Shown here piece by piece: positions 17,941 through 25,707 of a stretch of DNA of 44,139 bases. This DNA comes from Bulleidia sp. (GTDB lineage: Bacteria; Bacillota; Clostridia; Oscillospirales; CAG-272): positions 14,527-58,665 of the forward strand of contig CAVIBA010000001.1 in assembly GCA_963640785.1 (NCBI GenBank), written 5' to 3'. The number at the start of each line of letters is the position of its first letter. Position 1 is the stretch's first letter. Position numbers and translations under genes: made by a program. Under the pieces are notes generated by a model that did no database searches, was not told where the DNA came from, and saw only the letters and a list, made by a program, of their open reading frames with translations.

Positions 17941-17996
17941 CACAAGATATAGGCAAAAACACACAAAAACAAGACCTCGCATCTATATATTGTGTC
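17941..17996 (+). promoter_or_regulatory. Candidate NrdR boxes upstream of nrdG-nrdD
   Basis: catctatatattgtgt (17981-17996) fits the NrdR-box palindrome (acaCwAnATaTwgtgt) well. ccacaagatataggca (17941-17956) fits only on its left half. The centre-to-centre distance of 40 bp is not the classical 31-32 bp. Confidence 0.45.
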
Positions 17997-18020
17997 GAAT
18001 TTCAAGAAAACAAGCTGCAT

Positions 18021-18062
18021 TGTGACTTTGTCACAGAAAAGCAAATTATCTGATGTTATAAT
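18021..18062 (+). promoter_or_regulatory. TGTGAC-N3-GTCACA palindrome plus extended -10 (TGtTATAAT) for nrdG
   Basis: The perfect palindrome occupies 18021-18035 and TGTTATAAT occupies 18054-18062, with no good -35. The palindrome centre lies ~41 bp upstream of the inferred transcription start. Confidence 0.45.
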
Positions 18063-18097
18063 AGCACTGTCGAACGTTTCGGGGGGAGGTGTGTCGT

Positions 18098-18796
18098 ATG
18101 GAGCCGACAATTAACGGGCTTTCCAAGCTCACTCTGCTGGACTTTCCCGGCAGGACGGCGGCAACCGTGTTTCTCTCCGGATGCAATTTTCGGTGTCCCT
18201 TCTGTCATAACGCCCCGCTCGTGACCGAGCTTGAGGGCGCGCAGCACATAAGCTACGCCGAGCTCGAAGCTTTCTTAAAAAAGCGTGCGGGACTGCTTGA
18301 CGGCGTCGCCGTCACGGGCGGCGAGCCGACGCTGCGACCCGAGTTGCCCGATCTGCTCCGCCTCATCCGCCGCTACGGCTACGAGATCAAGCTCGACACC
18401 AACGGCACGCGTCCTGATGTGCTCGCCTCGCTGATTGACGAGGGTCTCGTCGACTACGTCGCCATGGACATCAAAAACTCGCGCGAAAAGTACCCCGCGA
18501 CCGTCGGCTGCAAGACTGTCGACATGGCGGCCATCGAGCGCAGCGTCGGGATGCTGCGCGAGGTGCGCGTTGAGCACGAGTTCCGCACGACGGTGGTGAG
18601 CGGTCTGCACACCGACGCCGACATGGAGGACATCGGCCGCTGGCTGTGCGGCGAGAAGCGGTATTTTCTTCAGAATTTCGTCGACTCGGGCGCGCTTATC
18701 GTACCGGGAACCAAGGGCGTATCCCACGACGACATGCGGCGCTATCTCGACATAGTCCGCAAATATATTCCCTCCGCCGAGCTGCGCGGAATGTGA
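18098..18796 (+). CDS. nrdG: anaerobic ribonucleoside-triphosphate reductase activating protein (radical SAM)
   Basis: Start placed at ATG 18098 (MEPTINGLSKLTLLDFPG), 8 nt after GGGGGAGG. The CNFRCPFCHN radical SAM cluster motif and ~230 aa size fit NrdG. Confidence 0.9.
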   Translation: MEPTINGLSKLTLLDFPGRTAATVFLSGCNFRCPFCHNAPLVTELEGAQHISYAELEAFLKKRAGLLDGVAVTGGEPTLRPELPDLLRLIRRYGYEIKLDTNGTRPDVLASLIDEGLVDYVAMDIKNSREKYPATVGCKTVDMAAIERSVGMLREVRVEHEFRTTVVSGLHTDADMEDIGRWLCGEKRYFLQNFVDSGALIVPGTKGVSHDDMRRYLDIVRKYIPSAELRGM

Positions 18797-18841
18797 AAAA
18801 TAAAAAATTTCAATATAAATGACCTATCGGAGGAAAAACCA

Positions 18842-21238
18842 ATGTACAGAGTCGTTAAAAGAGACGGCAAGATAGCTGATTTCAACATCACCAAAATCAG
18901 CAACGCCATCACCAAGGCCTTCGACGCCATCGAAAAGCCCTACACCCAGAATATCATCGATTTTCTCGCGCTCAAGGTGACAGCCGACTTTGCCCCCAAG
19001 GTAAAGGAGGATCTCATCTCCGTTGAGGACGTGCAGGACAGCGTTGAGGAGGTGCTCAGTCAGGCAGGCTATGCCGACGTGGCCAAGGCCTACATCCTCT
19101 ACCGCCGCAACCGCGAAAAGCTGCGTTCCATGAGCAACACCGTGCTCGACTACAAGAACGTCGTCGACAGCTACCTCAAGGCCGCCGACTGGCGCGTCAA
19201 GGAGAATTCCACTGTCACCTATTCCGTCGGCGGACTCATTCTCTCAAACTCGGGCGCTATCACCGCCAACTACTGGCTCAGCGAGGTCTATGACGACGAA
19301 ATCGCCAACGCCCACCGCTCGGCCGATATACATATCCACGACCTCTCCATGCTGACCGGCTACTGCGCAGGCTGGAGCCTCAAGCAACTCATTCAGGAGG
19401 GACTCGGCGGCATTCCGGGCAAGATTTCGTCGTCGCCCGCCGCACACCTCTCCACGCTGTGCAACCAGATGGTCAACTTCCTCGGCATCATGCAGAACGA
19501 ATGGGCGGGCGCTCAGGCCTTCTCCTCGTTCGACACATACCTCGCGCCCTTCGTCAAGGTCGACAATCTGACCTATAAGGAAGTCAAGCAGTGCATCCAG
19601 TCCTTCGTTTACGGCGTCAACACGCCCTCGCGCTGGGGCACGCAGGCTCCCTTCACCAACATCACTCTCGACTGGACGGTTCCCGCCGACCTCGCCGACC
19701 TCAACTGCATCGTCGGCGGCAAGGAGTGCAGCTTCAAGTACCGCGACTGCGTGGCCGAGATGGCCATGGTCAACAAGGCGTTCATCGAGATCATGATCGA
19801 GGGCGACGCCAACGGCCGCGGCTTCCAGTACCCCATCCCCACCTACTCCATCACCCGCAACTTCGACTGGTCGGAAACCGAGAACAACAAGCTGCTCTTC
19901 GAGATGACCGCAAAGTACGGCACGCCTTATTTCTCAAACTACATCAACTCGGATATGGAGCCGTCGGACGTGCGTTCGATGTGCTGCCGGCTGCGTCTTG
20001 ATCTGCGCGAGCTGCGCAAAAAGTCGGGCGGCTTCTTCGGCTCGGGCGAGTCGACGGGCTCTATCGGCGTCGTGACCATCAACATGCCGCGTCTTGCCTA
20101 CCTTGCCGAGGACGAGGCCGACTTCTACCGCAGACTTGACCGCATGATGGACATCTCCGCCCGCTCGCTCAAGGTCAAGCGGACTGTCATCACCCGTCTG
20201 CTCGAGGCCGGGCTCTACCCCTACACCCGCCGCTACCTCGGCAAGTTTGACAATCACTTCTCGACCATCGGTCTTGTCGGCATGAACGAGGCCGGACTCA
20301 ATGCCAACTGGCTGCGAGCCGACATGACGCACCCCGAAACGCAGGAGTTCACCAAGAACGTGCTGGACCACATGAGAGCGCGCCTGTCCGACTACCAGGA
20401 GGAGTACGGCGACCTCTACAACCTCGAGGCGACTCCCGCCGAGTCCACCTCCTACCGTCTTGCAAAGCACGATGTCGCCAAGTACCCCGACATCATCACC
20501 GCGGCAAAGGACGGCGGAACCCCCTATTACACCAACAGCTCCCACCTGCCCGTCGGCTTCACCTCGGACGTTTTCGAGGCGCTCGACATCCAGGACGAGC
20601 TTCAGACGCTCTACACTTCCGGCACCGTCTTCCACGCCTTCCTCGGCGAGAAGTTGCCCGACTGGCGCGCCGCCGCGACGCTCGTGCGCAAGATTGCCGA
20701 AAATTACCGTCTGCCCTACTACACGCTCTCGCCTACCTACTCGGTCTGCCGCAATCACGGCTACCTTGCAGGCGAGCAGTTCAAGTGCCCCGAGTGCGGC
20801 TCGGACGCCGAGGTTTACAGCCGTATAACCGGCTACTACCGTCCCGTCCAGAACTGGAACAGCGGCAAGGCGCAGGAGTACAAGGAGAGACGCGTATACA
20901 AGCCCGATGCGTCGATCACACACTCCGACCGCACCGCGAACGAGGCCGTCGAGGAGCAGCAGGCGTCCTGCGGATGCGGCTGCACGCACCGCCACACCGG
21001 CCATCGCGTCATTCTGTTCGCGACCAAGACCTGCCCCAACTGCAAAATAGCCGCCGCCAAGCTCGACCGCGCCGGTATCGCCTACGAGAAGATTCTCGCC
21101 GACGACAACCCCGAGGCTGCAACGCAGTTCGGCGTGCGTCAGGCGCCCACGATCGTCGTGGTCGATGGTGAGAACATCGAGAAGTACGCAGGCCCCGGCC
21201 CCGTCCAGAGATTCATCGACGAGGCAGTCAAGGCCTGA
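18842..21238 (+). CDS. nrdD: anaerobic ribonucleoside-triphosphate reductase (class III) with C-terminal thioredoxin/glutaredoxin-like domain fusion
   Basis: 798 aa. It has an N-terminal ATP-cone, a thiyl loop RSMCCRLRL, a Zn ribbon CRNHG..CPECG and the glycyl-radical motif SRITGYYRPV. After these comes an extra 129 aa ending in a CPNC thioredoxin fold (21002-21235). Confidence 0.93.
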   Translation: MYRVVKRDGKIADFNITKISNAITKAFDAIEKPYTQNIIDFLALKVTADFAPKVKEDLISVEDVQDSVEEVLSQAGYADVAKAYILYRRNREKLRSMSNTVLDYKNVVDSYLKAADWRVKENSTVTYSVGGLILSNSGAITANYWLSEVYDDEIANAHRSADIHIHDLSMLTGYCAGWSLKQLIQEGLGGIPGKISSSPAAHLSTLCNQMVNFLGIMQNEWAGAQAFSSFDTYLAPFVKVDNLTYKEVKQCIQSFVYGVNTPSRWGTQAPFTNITLDWTVPADLADLNCIVGGKECSFKYRDCVAEMAMVNKAFIEIMIEGDANGRGFQYPIPTYSITRNFDWSETENNKLLFEMTAKYGTPYFSNYINSDMEPSDVRSMCCRLRLDLRELRKKSGGFFGSGESTGSIGVVTINMPRLAYLAEDEADFYRRLDRMMDISARSLKVKRTVITRLLEAGLYPYTRRYLGKFDNHFSTIGLVGMNEAGLNANWLRADMTHPETQEFTKNVLDHMRARLSDYQEEYGDLYNLEATPAESTSYRLAKHDVAKYPDIITAAKDGGTPYYTNSSHLPVGFTSDVFEALDIQDELQTLYTSGTVFHAFLGEKLPDWRAAATLVRKIAENYRLPYYTLSPTYSVCRNHGYLAGEQFKCPECGSDAEVYSRITGYYRPVQNWNSGKAQEYKERRVYKPDASITHSDRTANEAVEEQQASCGCGCTHRHTGHRVILFATKTCPNCKIAAAKLDRAGIAYEKILADDNPEAATQFGVRQAPTIVVVDGENIEKYAGPGPVQRFIDEAVKA

Positions 21239-21374
21239 CTGTACGCTTAAAAGTCAGCGCACCGCTGACTGACACAGCCAACGGGGCTGTCGGACGCGCA
21301 GACGTTACGACAGCCCCATTGCCGCGTCTGCGGCGGATTGCAACCGAGCGAATCACAACCGAAAGGATTTTCAA

Positions 21375-22280
21375 ATGTACGATATTATCATAATCGGCGG
21401 CGGCCCCGCCGGGCTGACCGCCGCGCTTTACGGTCTGCGCGCCGGAAAGAGTGTGCTCCTCATCGAGCGCAGCGCGTTCGGCGGGCAGATGACCTTCTCA
21501 CCCAAAATTGAAAACTACCCCGGCATTGCCTCATCGAGCGGCAGCGAGATAGCCGACGCCATGGTCGAGCAGGTTCTCGCGCAGGGTGCCGACACCGAGT
21601 TTGACACTGTGACCGACGTCACCAAGACCAAGGACGGCGTTTTTGTCGTGACGGGCGAGGTCGGCAGCTATGTCGGGCGGACTGTCATTGCAGCGGTCGG
21701 CTGCAAGCACCGTCGGCTCGGACTCGAGCGCGAGGAGGAGTTTCTCGGCGACGGCATATCCTTCTGCGCCGTCTGCGACGGTGCGTTCTACAAGGGACGC
21801 GATGTTGCGTTGATTGGTGGCGGCAACTCGGCGCTGCAGGAGGCGATACTGCTCTCCGAGGTCTGCCGCAAGGTGACTGTCATTCAGAAGCTCGACCGTT
21901 TCACGGGCGAGGGGCGTCTGATCGAGCAGGTAAACGCCCGACCGAACATTGAGTCGATATTCAATCAGACCATCGACTCGCTGATTGCCTCCGACAAGCT
22001 CGAGGGGCTGCGCATTCGCTCTGACGACGGCGTTGTCCGCGAGCTTGCCGTCGACGGAATTTTCGTTGCAATCGGGCTCAAGCCCGAGAACGAGCCCTTC
22101 GCCGCCCTCGCCGCGCTCAACGAGTACGGCTACTTCGACACCGACGAGAGCTGCCAGACCGCGACCCCCGGCTTCTACGTTGCCGGCGACTGCCGCTCCA
22201 AGCGCACCCGCCAGGTCACTACCGCCGCCGCCGACGGCACCATCGCCGCCCTCGCCGCGTGCAGGTATTTGGATGATTGA
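21375..22280 (+). CDS. trxB: thioredoxin-disulfide reductase homolog (TrxB-like flavoprotein) lacking the canonical NADPH HRRxxxR motif
   Basis: 301 aa with FAD motif IIIIGGGPAGLTAA, redox dithiol CAVC and a second GGGNSALQEA Rossmann motif. QKLDRFTGE stands where E. coli TrxB has HRRDGFRAE. Confidence 0.88.
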   Translation: MYDIIIIGGGPAGLTAALYGLRAGKSVLLIERSAFGGQMTFSPKIENYPGIASSSGSEIADAMVEQVLAQGADTEFDTVTDVTKTKDGVFVVTGEVGSYVGRTVIAAVGCKHRRLGLEREEEFLGDGISFCAVCDGAFYKGRDVALIGGGNSALQEAILLSEVCRKVTVIQKLDRFTGEGRLIEQVNARPNIESIFNQTIDSLIASDKLEGLRIRSDDGVVRELAVDGIFVAIGLKPENEPFAALAALNEYGYFDTDESCQTATPGFYVAGDCRSKRTRQVTTAAADGTIAALAACRYLDD

Positions 22281-22295
22281 GGGGACACCGGTCTT

Positions 22296-22700
22296 CTGGG
22301 GCGCCGCCCCAGACCCCGCCAAGGGGGCTTTTTGAAAAAAGCCCCCTTGGAACCCGCAAAAACTTTCGGAAAAGGGGATGGCGGTTGGGATATAGTGAAC
22401 GGAAACCGCTCGCTCTCGGGGCGCTGCCCCGAACCCCGCTTAGGGAGCTTTTTGAAAAAAGCTCCCTAAGAACCCGCAAAAACTTTCACAAAAAGGGCGG
22501 GTTAAGGTCTGCGAACGGACGTGATGTACGGTTTTGAGCGTTCAAAACCCAACGTCCCGGCGTTTCGCAAACTTTAACCCGTCCTTTTTCAAAGTTTTCG
22601 CCCGCCTTTGGGGAGGCGGCACGGATCCAACGCCGTGTGGCGTTGGCCGCCGTCCGCAGACGGCGGAACACTCCTTCACTGCCCGCCCGCAAACGCCCCA
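22296..22700. repeat. Family-1 intergenic repeat cluster (two direct 120-bp units plus a diverged inverted unit)
   Basis: Unit: ctcggggcgctgccccgaaccccgc + hairpin ttagggagctttttgaaaaaagctccctaa + gaacccgcaaaaactttc. Hairpins start at 22320 and 22440, exactly 120 bp apart. The right half (22555-22680) is an inverted, diverged copy. The same family occurs at 34730-35560. Confidence 0.8.
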
Positions 22701-22705
22701 CATCC

Positions 22706-22734
22706 TTGACATTTCACCGCACGTGTGGTACAAT
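22706..22734 (+). promoter_or_regulatory. Near-consensus promoter for the sulfatase gene
   Basis: TTGACA (22706-22711), 17 nt spacer ending in TGG, TACAAT (22729-22734). Confidence 0.55.
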
Positions 22735-22750
22735 GGTTTGAAATTCATGC

Positions 22751-24217
22751 TTGGGGGTTGCTTTGAAACACGTTTTACTTATTTTCTTCGATCAGCTGAG
22801 ATATGACGCCATCGGCGCGCTGGGAAATCCGTACATTTATACCCCCGCGCTGGACGCGCTCGCGGCGGATTCGGTCATTTTCGATAGGTGCTATACGCCC
22901 TCTCCCGTCTGCGTGCCCGCGAGACTGTCGCTGCACGCCGGACAGTACCCTAGCCGCACGGGCAACTGCGGCAACGTAAAAAACGCCCCCGCCTACCACG
23001 GCAAGGGCTTCTACGCCGAGTTCACCGAACACGGTTACGACTCCTGCTGCGTCGGTAAAATGCACTACGCATGGGATCTGCTCGGCAACGTCGGCTTCAA
23101 AAAGCGCTACACACAGGAGCCCCTCGCCAATGACGACTACTCCGCCTTTCTGCGCAGCTCGCCAGTCACCGAAAATATCTTCGACTATAACGGCCAGCGC
23201 AGCGATATGTACTACGTCCCGCAGGTCTCGCAGCTGCCCGCCGAGTACCACCCGACACAGTGGATAGGCGACCGTAGCCTCGACTTTCTCGGCTCGGCCG
23301 ACCCCGAAAAGGATAATATCTTTCTCTTCTCGTCCATCTTCCACCCGCACCCGCCCTTCAGCCCGCCATCGCCCTGGAATAAAATCTACCGCAGCTACGA
23401 CGGCATCGAGTCCCACGTCCCCGACAACTTCGACATGAAGGACATCGCTCCCCTGCTCTGTCCGAGAATGTCACTCGAACGCTTCGGCATCAGCGAGCTC
23501 GACCTCAAGCGTCTGCGCAACTTCTACTACGCCTGCGTCTCGTTCGGCGACTGGCAGGTCGGGCGTATAATCGCCGAGCTCAAACGCAAAAATATGTACG
23601 ACGACACGCTTATCGTCGTCTCGTCCGACCACGGCGAAATGCTCGGCGACTTCTCAACCGTCGGCAAACGCTCCATGAAGGACGGCGCGGCGCATATCCC
23701 GCTCATGATAAAAATGCCGGGCGTAAAACCCGGCCGCAGAAGCGACGTCTGCTCGCTCGTCGACCTCGCCCCGACACTGCTGTCCTACGCCGGAATTGAG
23801 TACGATAAGAGCGAATACGACGGCGTCGACCTGTTCTCCGAGCGGCATAGCGAGGTGTTCTCGCAGTACGGCTGCGGAAAATCCGGCGTCTTTATGCTCG
23901 TAACCGACCGCGATAAGCTGATCTACTCCGCAGCGCGCGACAGATACTATTACTATAAGAACTTCGACGAGGATCACGACACCTACGCCGAGAACGCGAC
24001 GCACCTCACCGACCTCAAGGCAAAGCTCGACGCCTACATCGCCGCCGACAAAAACATCCCCGAGACAGGCAAGAAAAAACCGGTCGACCACCCCTTCAAT
24101 ACTAAGTATAAGGACGACCCCTACGTCTACGACCGCGAAATGTCGCGCGTCCCGCCCGAGTATGACCTGCACCTGACCGACCCCGCCGAGGTCAAAAAGT
24201 CGGATTTTCTTGAATAA
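22751..24217 (+). CDS. sulfatase family protein (Cys-type, formylglycine-dependent), apparently cytoplasmic
   Basis: N-terminal LLIFFDQLRYD and the SPVCVPARLSLHAGQYP (C-x-P-x-R) motif. No in-frame ATG is present, so the start is TTG 22751 or, more likely, TTG 22763 (MKHVLLIF..) after GGGGG. There is no signal peptide. Confidence 0.82.
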   Translation: MGVALKHVLLIFFDQLRYDAIGALGNPYIYTPALDALAADSVIFDRCYTPSPVCVPARLSLHAGQYPSRTGNCGNVKNAPAYHGKGFYAEFTEHGYDSCCVGKMHYAWDLLGNVGFKKRYTQEPLANDDYSAFLRSSPVTENIFDYNGQRSDMYYVPQVSQLPAEYHPTQWIGDRSLDFLGSADPEKDNIFLFSSIFHPHPPFSPPSPWNKIYRSYDGIESHVPDNFDMKDIAPLLCPRMSLERFGISELDLKRLRNFYYACVSFGDWQVGRIIAELKRKNMYDDTLIVVSSDHGEMLGDFSTVGKRSMKDGAAHIPLMIKMPGVKPGRRSDVCSLVDLAPTLLSYAGIEYDKSEYDGVDLFSERHSEVFSQYGCGKSGVFMLVTDRDKLIYSAARDRYYYYKNFDEDHDTYAENATHLTDLKAKLDAYIAADKNIPETGKKKPVDHPFNTKYKDDPYVYDREMSRVPPEYDLHLTDPAEVKKSDFLE

Positions 24218-24229
24218 TCCACAGCAGAA

Positions 24230-24270
24230 GAGCCGGCAGCCCGTCATGACGGGCTACCGGCTCACTTTTG
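24230..24270. terminator. Terminator hairpin between convergent sulfatase and cinA genes
   Basis: gagccggcagcccgtc-at-gacgggctaccggctc (one mismatch), followed by acttttg. Confidence 0.65.
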
Positions 24271-24277
24271 TCCGTAA

Positions 24278-25540
24278 TCAGACCTCAAACGTCAGCGCAA
24301 GCGCCTGATTTGAGGCCAGCGTGCGCAGATACGCCCTCTCGCGGTGGGGTGAGAGACGCAACAGACGTGCAAATTCGCGCTCGCGCGTGCTTATCGCTAT
24401 CCAGATCGTGCCGACGGGCTTTTCCGGCGTGCCGCCGCCAGGGCCCGCAATTCCCGTCGTCGAAATGCCGACGTCGGTGCCGAGCCGCTCGCGCACGCCG
24501 CGCGCCATCTCAAGCGCCACCTGCTCGGATACCGCTCCGCAGCGCTCAAGCGACTCGCCCCTGACACCCAGCAGGCGTGCCTTGGCGTCGTTTGAGTAAG
24601 TCACACAGCCGCCCATGAATACGTCGGAGCAGCCCGCGACGTCGGTCAGACGCTTGGCAACAAGCCCGCCCGTGCAGGACTCGGCGCAGGCTATCGTCAT
24701 GCCGCGCGCCCGCAGACGGCGTATGACGGTGTCTTCAATCGAGGGCGAGTCGATGTCGTAAATGTAGGGCGCGACAGCAGTGCGGCGGACGGTCTCTATC
24801 ATGCCGTCGCACATCGAGCGGGCGGTCGCCTCGTCGACGGCGCGCGCCGTCACGCGCAGACGCACCTCGCCAGAGCCGCAGTAGGGCGCGAGCGTCGGAT
24901 TCTCCGAGCTGTTCATGAGCCCGCGCAGCTCGTCCTCAACCGCCGACTCGCCCATGCCGAGAATGTTTATGTTGCGGCTGACAAGCACCCCGCCCGTCCT
25001 GCGCGCAAGGTAGGGCCGCACCTGCTCGAAAAACAGCGGCTCAAGCTCGCGCGGCGGCCCCGGCAGCATGATGACAGTCCGCTCGCCTGCGACGCCGGGG
25101 ACGCTGCCCTCGAGCGCCAGCGCGGGCGCGGTTCCGTAGTCGTTCGGGAAGATTATCGCCCCGCGCGGCATCATGGCCTGCTTTATATTGTTGTCCGTCA
25201 TGTGACGGGCGCATTCGGTAAAATAAGTGCGTATGCGCTCGAGCGACGGCTCGTGCAGTTCCATCTCGCGCCCGAAAAACCGCGCGACCGTCTCCTTTGT
25301 CAGATCGTCGCAGGTCGGTCCCAGTCCGCCGCTCATGACGACAAGCTCTGCCCGTCCGAGCGCCGCTCCGAGCGCCGCGGTCAGCCGCTTGGGATTGTCC
25401 CCGACCACGCCCTGATAGTATACCGGAATGCCCAGCTCCGCCAGCTGACGCGAAAGATACGCCGCGTCGGTGTTGATTATGTCGCCGAGAAGAAGCTCGG
25501 TTCCCACGCACAGAATTTCTGCGCTTGCAATGCTGCCCAT
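24278..25540 (-). CDS. cinA: competence/damage-inducible protein CinA (MoCF-binding domain + nicotinamide-nucleotide amidase domain)
   Basis: 420 aa. N-terminal AEILCVGTELLLGDIINTDAAYLSRQLAELGI and C-terminal CAESCTGGLVAKRLTDVAGCSDVF.. are classic for CinA. Confidence 0.9.
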   Translation of the reverse strand: MGSIASAEILCVGTELLLGDIINTDAAYLSRQLAELGIPVYYQGVVGDNPKRLTAALGAALGRAELVVMSGGLGPTCDDLTKETVARFFGREMELHEPSLERIRTYFTECARHMTDNNIKQAMMPRGAIIFPNDYGTAPALALEGSVPGVAGERTVIMLPGPPRELEPLFFEQVRPYLARRTGGVLVSRNINILGMGESAVEDELRGLMNSSENPTLAPYCGSGEVRLRVTARAVDEATARSMCDGMIETVRRTAVAPYIYDIDSPSIEDTVIRRLRARGMTIACAESCTGGLVAKRLTDVAGCSDVFMGGCVTYSNDAKARLLGVRGESLERCGAVSEQVALEMARGVRERLGTDVGISTTGIAGPGGGTPEKPVGTIWIAISTREREFARLLRLSPHRERAYLRTLASNQALALTFEV

Positions 25541-25707
25541 TTTATCACCCCTCGTGTTTTTTTCAGTGATATTATAGCAAAACGCCGCGCGTTTGTAAAG
25601 CGGGACGCCGAAATTACTTGCATATCCGCCCGAGTTGTTGTATAATTAAAAAGATACCGCGTAATTCGAGAGCTGCGCGGTCTTATACCATAAGCGAGGT
25701 GTTGACA

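Noticed and set aside
22219-22806. Several 68-90-aa ORFs across the family-1 repeats (peptides such as LRELFEKSSLRTRKNF), and the equivalents at 34582..34958 and 35260..35677
   Set aside because: They read through palindromic repeat units on both strands, lack RBSs and coding bias, and their sequence varies with compensatory stem changes. These are repeat DNA, not genes.
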